The translations under genes and the position numbers were made by a program. From Escherichia coli phage phiS, in the sequence record PP449093.1: DNA of 64,000 nt; one strand, given 5' to 3'. Every line of letters begins with the position of its first letter. The first letter of the stretch is position 1. Below are positions 60,358 through 64,000 of this stretch, in pieces. The notes beneath the pieces were generated by a model. That model ran no database searches. It saw only the letters and a program-made list of their open reading frames with translations, and was not told the DNA's origin.

Positions 60358-60567
60358 ATGATTAATCCAGTAGCCGCAGCACTTGCCCCCGAAGAAACTT
60401 TGAAGTATATGGTAGAACATGCAGCAAAGAAAGGAGAAATTGTTACTGCCGATGAGATCGTAGAAACCATGCTCCGCGATCCGAAGGGTAACACTGCAAA
60501 GTTTTTTGGTGATCATCTTAAACTGGCTTACAAAACAATTATGGAGACCGTGAAGAATGCAAAATGA
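60358..60567 (+). CDS. hypothetical early protein (69 aa)
   Basis: Conserved RBS. Confidence 0.45.
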   Translation: MINPVAAALAPEETLKYMVEHAAKKGEIVTADEIVETMLRDPKGNTAKFFGDHLKLAYKTIMETVKNAK

Positions 60568-60895
60568 TGTGATTGAAATTATTATGAATCAATACCGAAA
60601 CCGGATTTGGTCTGGACGTATCAAAGAAGAAAAGGCAAAACGGATCATCGAAAAATATGCTGAAAAGACTAAGCAAGCGCCAACGGCTAACAGAGTTATG
60701 ATTCTTAAATGTCTGGTGCTTTCAGGTGACGATATGCCGATTGATGCAGAGACAGCTACCGATTTTCATAAGACCTATCGTCAGTGTGATGTAATTTTTA
60801 CTTCTGGCTTCGGTAGTTATGACTCTATTATGTGGAATTTAATGCACCTTGACGCAACGATCTGGGATGTACTTTCAGAGGAGGGTTACAATTGA
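60557..60895 (+). CDS. hypothetical early protein (112 aa)
   Basis: Overlapping start. Confidence 0.45.
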   Translation: MQNDVIEIIMNQYRNRIWSGRIKEEKAKRIIEKYAEKTKQAPTANRVMILKCLVLSGDDMPIDAETATDFHKTYRQCDVIFTSGFGSYDSIMWNLMHLDATIWDVLSEEGYN

Positions 60896-61242
60896 ACATT
60901 GATATTCAGCGATTAATTGATCATATTCACGCGGGAATACCTTATCATGGCGACGTTACCCGCGATATTCTTGATGTGTTGGAATATACCCAGCAAGTGA
61001 TCAACGAAAAGCAAGCATTAGAATCACGGATCGACGAGGCAATAGGAAACATTGCAACCGAAGATGAATTAGATAATCACTTTGGACCTGTTCTTGATGC
61101 TCTTATGGCTGCGCGTGATACCAAACTGAAACAGGATAAACAAGAATTTATCCTTGATGGTTTAGCTCGCTATCACAACGCAATTGATATTATGAATAAC
61201 CAGCATGATTATGCTATTAGTGTTTTGCGAGGTCTGGCATGA
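60892..61242 (+). CDS. hypothetical early protein (116 aa)
   Basis: Overlapping start. Confidence 0.45.
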   Translation: MNIDIQRLIDHIHAGIPYHGDVTRDILDVLEYTQQVINEKQALESRIDEAIGNIATEDELDNHFGPVLDALMAARDTKLKQDKQEFILDGLARYHNAIDIMNNQHDYAISVLRGLA

Positions 61243-61523
61243 AAGACACAAACGGATTTAACAGCATTCAGGTAAGCCCGAATTTTATTGTTCCATCACT
61301 GGTGACTAAGCTGAATGGTCATATGGTCGCTTTGTCTTCCACACCGCCAGAATCAGGAAAGTTTATCACTATCGTAGTTTATGCGGGGCAAATTTTCTCT
61401 CATGATTGCTGCATGAAAAATGATCAGTTGATGGTTGCAAATTATGACTACGGCGACCTTGAATGGGAAGTTTTAGACCTGGCTAAAAGTGCTGAAATTC
61501 TGGGCTATATTCGATTAATTTAA
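61239..61523 (+). CDS. hypothetical early protein (94 aa)
   Basis: ATGA overlap. Confidence 0.45.
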   Translation: MKDTNGFNSIQVSPNFIVPSLVTKLNGHMVALSSTPPESGKFITIVVYAGQIFSHDCCMKNDQLMVANYDYGDLEWEVLDLAKSAEILGYIRLI

Positions 61524-61541
61524 AATTTTTCTTAGAAAGTG

Positions 61542-61570
61542 TTGACAGCGATCCGGTGTTATTGCACAAT
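61542..61570 (+). promoter_or_regulatory. early promoter cassette P8 (TTGACA-17-CACAAT)
   Basis: Near-palindrome GTGTTATTG/CAATACAC around -10; conserved RBS. Confidence 0.5.
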
Positions 61571-61609
61571 ACACACATCGAAGCACGACACTTTCTAGGA
61601 GAATCAACA

Positions 61610-61900
61610 ATGACCACTGAACAATTAATCAAACATATCCGCAGTATTATCTGGGATCTGTCTGGCGATAAAGAGGAACAAGCCGAACGCATTTTAGCTA
61701 AACTGTATAAACGCCGCGATCGTGGAGTATCAGCAAAGAAAGTAGAAACTTTCAAAGAATTGTCTTTCATCGAAGCTAAAAAGGATGGATTAATTTATCA
61801 GTTGACAGATGGTTACTGGTGCTATGATAATACTCGCTATGACACCTCGACTGATGCATTAAAAGCATGTAATGACCATCTTCGCAAAACTACCATTTGA
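61610..61900 (+). CDS. hypothetical early protein (96 aa)
   Basis: ATG at 61610 with conserved RBS. Confidence 0.45.
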   Translation: MTTEQLIKHIRSIIWDLSGDKEEQAERILAKLYKRRDRGVSAKKVETFKELSFIEAKKDGLIYQLTDGYWCYDNTRYDTSTDALKACNDHLRKTTI

Positions 61901-61910
61901 GGATTATATT

Positions 61911-62108
61911 ATGAAGGTTAAAACATTAGCTGATATGGATGAGATCGAGACTCAAGTACATGCGGCGTTAGTCGGTTATGAGTTTGGTCGATTCCTTAAT
62001 AAGTTCCATGATTATAAATGTTTAAATTGTGGTGCTCATAACGTAATTGGTGCTTGCTGTATTAATCCTGTTATAGTACCATATAAAAGAAATGAAACAG
62101 AAGAGTGA
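61911..62108 (+). CDS. Cys-rich small protein (65 aa)
   Basis: CLNCG...GACC; GAGGA RBS. Confidence 0.4.
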   Translation: MKVKTLADMDEIETQVHAALVGYEFGRFLNKFHDYKCLNCGAHNVIGACCINPVIVPYKRNETEE

Positions 62109-62118
62109 GGAATATAGA

Positions 62119-62337
62119 ATGAAGACCAACGAATCAGTAATACCGCCAGCTTTCGGATATACTCCGGTCGAGATCACAAAATCTAATACTTCTTTCGTGA
62201 AAGTGGGAGAGAAAACGCATATTTCAACTATGCAGGACGGCACACAATATCTATGGTCCGATTTCTGCCAGCGTTACGAGCGTTTATCATGGGCTACCCG
62301 CTTATGGTGTGTTGAGTATAAGGAGATCACAAAATGA
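62119..62337 (+). CDS. hypothetical protein (72 aa)
   Basis: GAGGA RBS. Confidence 0.4.
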   Translation: MKTNESVIPPAFGYTPVEITKSNTSFVKVGEKTHISTMQDGTQYLWSDFCQRYERLSWATRLWCVEYKEITK

Positions 62338-62582
62338 TCGTCGGATACATCCCATATTCAACAACAAAACATATTGTCGGATTCGAAGACATAGAAAAGT
62401 CTTGCTTTCCTCTTAAGGTTGAAGTAGACTTTATTACAGCGAACGGATGGGCTTACGTTACCGTAGAAGAAATGAAGCGCGTAGGATGGGAAAACTGCAT
62501 TCACCTACCGCATCTTATCCTAGATGTTCGCGCTGGTGAAATTGATATTGATGGAAAGATCTATGGAGATAATGTAAAATGA
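62334..62582 (+). CDS. hypothetical protein (82 aa)
   Basis: ATGA overlap. Confidence 0.4.
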   Translation: MIVGYIPYSTTKHIVGFEDIEKSCFPLKVEVDFITANGWAYVTVEEMKRVGWENCIHLPHLILDVRAGEIDIDGKIYGDNVK

Positions 62583-62782
62583 AAATTAAAATTGAAATTT
62601 TTGACAATGGCGGATATTCTTTCATGAAAGGCGTTGAACTTCCTATCATCGTGGAAGGTCGACCGTATGGGCATGATTATCTTGTTGAAACGCAGGAATT
62701 ACGCAAAGCTGGCGTACCGATTAAAGGTTATTCTCCTGAGTATAAATGGTGTTTTCTTAGCAAAGAAGCCTGGGAAGTGTAA
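62579..62782 (+). CDS. small protein, tandem paralog 1 (GGYSFMKGV family)
   Basis: MKIKIEIFDNGGYSFMKGVELPIIV. Confidence 0.45.
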   Translation: MKIKIEIFDNGGYSFMKGVELPIIVEGRPYGHDYLVETQELRKAGVPIKGYSPEYKWCFLSKEAWEV

Positions 62783-62839
62783 TTAATTGAGGATTATATT
62801 ATAAAGATTGAAATTTTTGGTGATGGCGGATATTCTTTC

Positions 62840-63058
62840 ATGAAAGGTGTTAAACTTCCGATTATTGTTAGAGGAACTCCCTTCTATGATAGTTTCTTGA
62901 TACCAACAAGAGAACTACGCAAAGCTGGCGCTTCCTTTGAGGGAATTTATAATGATGATTATGAATGGTGTTTCTTGGATAGGTTTGCCCGTAAAGCAGA
63001 AGAAGCACGAAAAGCATCATTGTTTGCTCGTTTTAATAACTGGTTGAGGAAGCTGTAA
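62840..63058 (+). CDS. small protein, tandem paralog 2 (first ATG; homologous region begins 13 codons upstream at an ATA codon, 62801)
   Basis: IKIEIFGDGGYSF precedes the first ATG in frame. Confidence 0.4.
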   Translation: MKGVKLPIIVRGTPFYDSFLIPTRELRKAGASFEGIYNDDYEWCFLDRFARKAEEARKASLFARFNNWLRKL

Positions 63059-63396
63059 TGAACGAACTGAAAATGTATTTGTTGCTGAATGATTCAGGGT
63101 ATACCTTCTTACAAGGTGTCGAACGTGATTCGCGTCCTATTGTATATGGCAAGGGACATCCGACCATTCCTGGGATCATTGTTGTTACGACAACATCACT
63201 TCGTCGTGTGTCGGAAAGCCCATACCTACAAAACGTAAAGCAGGACCGAGAATGGGCTTTCGAGTTAGGTAAAGATCTTGTTGAATGGGTAAACTGTGAA
63301 GACAAGAACCAACGAAATCATGAAAAGAAGATTGCACGACTTGAACATAGAAGAAAACTTGATGAAATCAAAAACAGGATTCTACAATCAATGTAA
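63058..63396 (+). CDS. small protein, tandem paralog 3 (112 aa)
   Basis: LNDSGYTFLQGVE motif related to the two upstream copies. Confidence 0.4.
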   Translation: MNELKMYLLLNDSGYTFLQGVERDSRPIVYGKGHPTIPGIIVVTTTSLRRVSESPYLQNVKQDREWAFELGKDLVEWVNCEDKNQRNHEKKIARLEHRRKLDEIKNRILQSM

Positions 63397-63633
63397 CAGA
63401 GTATTCATTGTCCTGATGGAGTCCGAAAACTATCCCGAACTCGCTAAAACGCGTTTTCCGTGCGTTGTTGAAGCATATAAGACAGATGCGCCAGATAAAC
63501 AGTTTATCGTGTTAGCGAGCGAAATAGAGCGGTTGGGCGTGATTCCTAAACATGATGAATACGTGTTTCGTAATGTGTACTCTGTACATCATTTTGATGT
63601 AGTAGTTAATTCACTAATATCATAAAAAAGTTG

Positions 63634-63662
63634 TTGACAGGGGATCGCGTATCCCCTATACT
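63634..63662 (+). promoter_or_regulatory. early promoter cassette P9 (TTGACA-17-TATACT, palindromic spacer GGGGAT..ATCCCC)
   Basis: Conserved leader and aaggagaatcaaaATG. Confidence 0.55.
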
Positions 63663-63704
63663 ACACACATCAAAACGAAACACACTTTCTTAAGGAGAAT
63701 CAAA

Positions 63705-63983
63705 ATGAGCAACCTTTCTTTCGCTAAAGTAGAAATTTCCAAAACTCGTGGTGGTATCAAAATCAAAACTTCCAATATCACGTCCTGCCGTGGTTGCGAC
63801 CAGTTTGCTCGTGACCTGGCTGTTAAGCTGGGTATTAAAACCTTTACCGTTGAGAGCGGATCTAACTGGACCACTCTGATTGTTACTGCCGCTTGGATCA
63901 ATGGCGAGTATGTGGAAAAAGCATACTTTGACATTTTCTATGACTACGAAGAAAAATGCTTTTATGCACTGCAAGACATGTAA
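63705..63983 (+). CDS. hypothetical early protein (92 aa)
   Basis: Conserved RBS. Confidence 0.45.
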   Translation: MSNLSFAKVEISKTRGGIKIKTSNITSCRGCDQFARDLAVKLGIKTFTVESGSNWTTLIVTAAWINGEYVEKAYFDIFYDYEEKCFYALQDM

Positions 63984-64000
63984 GGAGGTATTATGGATTT

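Noticed and set aside
46375-63662. Recurring ~70-bp conserved elements in the early region considered as a possible CRISPR-like array
   Set aside because: Copies are 250 bp to 6 kb apart, not regularly spaced; each contains TTGACA/-10 hexamers and sits directly upstream of an RBS and ATG; they are promoter/leader cassettes, not repeat-spacer units.

Overview
This window is a segment of a T4-type (Tevenvirinae-like) myovirus genome, collinear with the T4 map but in reverse orientation. It runs from the 3' end of gene 25 and uvsY/uvsW, through hoc, the head/tail/packaging/baseplate late genes on the minus strand (24-23-22-21-68-67-20-19-18-17-16-15-14-13-wac-12-11-10-9-8-7-6-5.4-5.1-5-53), then 4-2-3-1-57A-57B on the plus strand, into a hyperplastic early region (46.4-64 kb) of ~60 small genes including tk, a T5-type M15 endolysin-like peptidase, a GrcA-like glycyl-radical protein, a macro-domain protein, a secreted lytic transglycosylase and many small membrane proteins. 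Late genes are preceded by TATAAATA late promoters; the early region carries at least nine copies of a conserved sigma70-type promoter plus leader cassette (PeSL-like). The region is rich in mobile elements: four free-standing homing endonuclease genes (three HNH, two of them HNH-AP2 paralogs, and one GIY-YIG) and a gamma-class adenine methyltransferase cassette with its own early promoter inserted between genes 8 and 9. The most striking feature is the large terminase gene 17, which is fractured at its ATPase active site by an atypically split intein (about 25-residue N fragment, 106-residue C fragment); the N fragment continues in frame into a zinc-ribbon plus PD-(D/E)xK nuclease domain that is a paralog of the gene-4-position protein. 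All calls rest on reading the supplied translations and sequence; no database search was run, and T4 homolog names are from recalled similarity and synteny.
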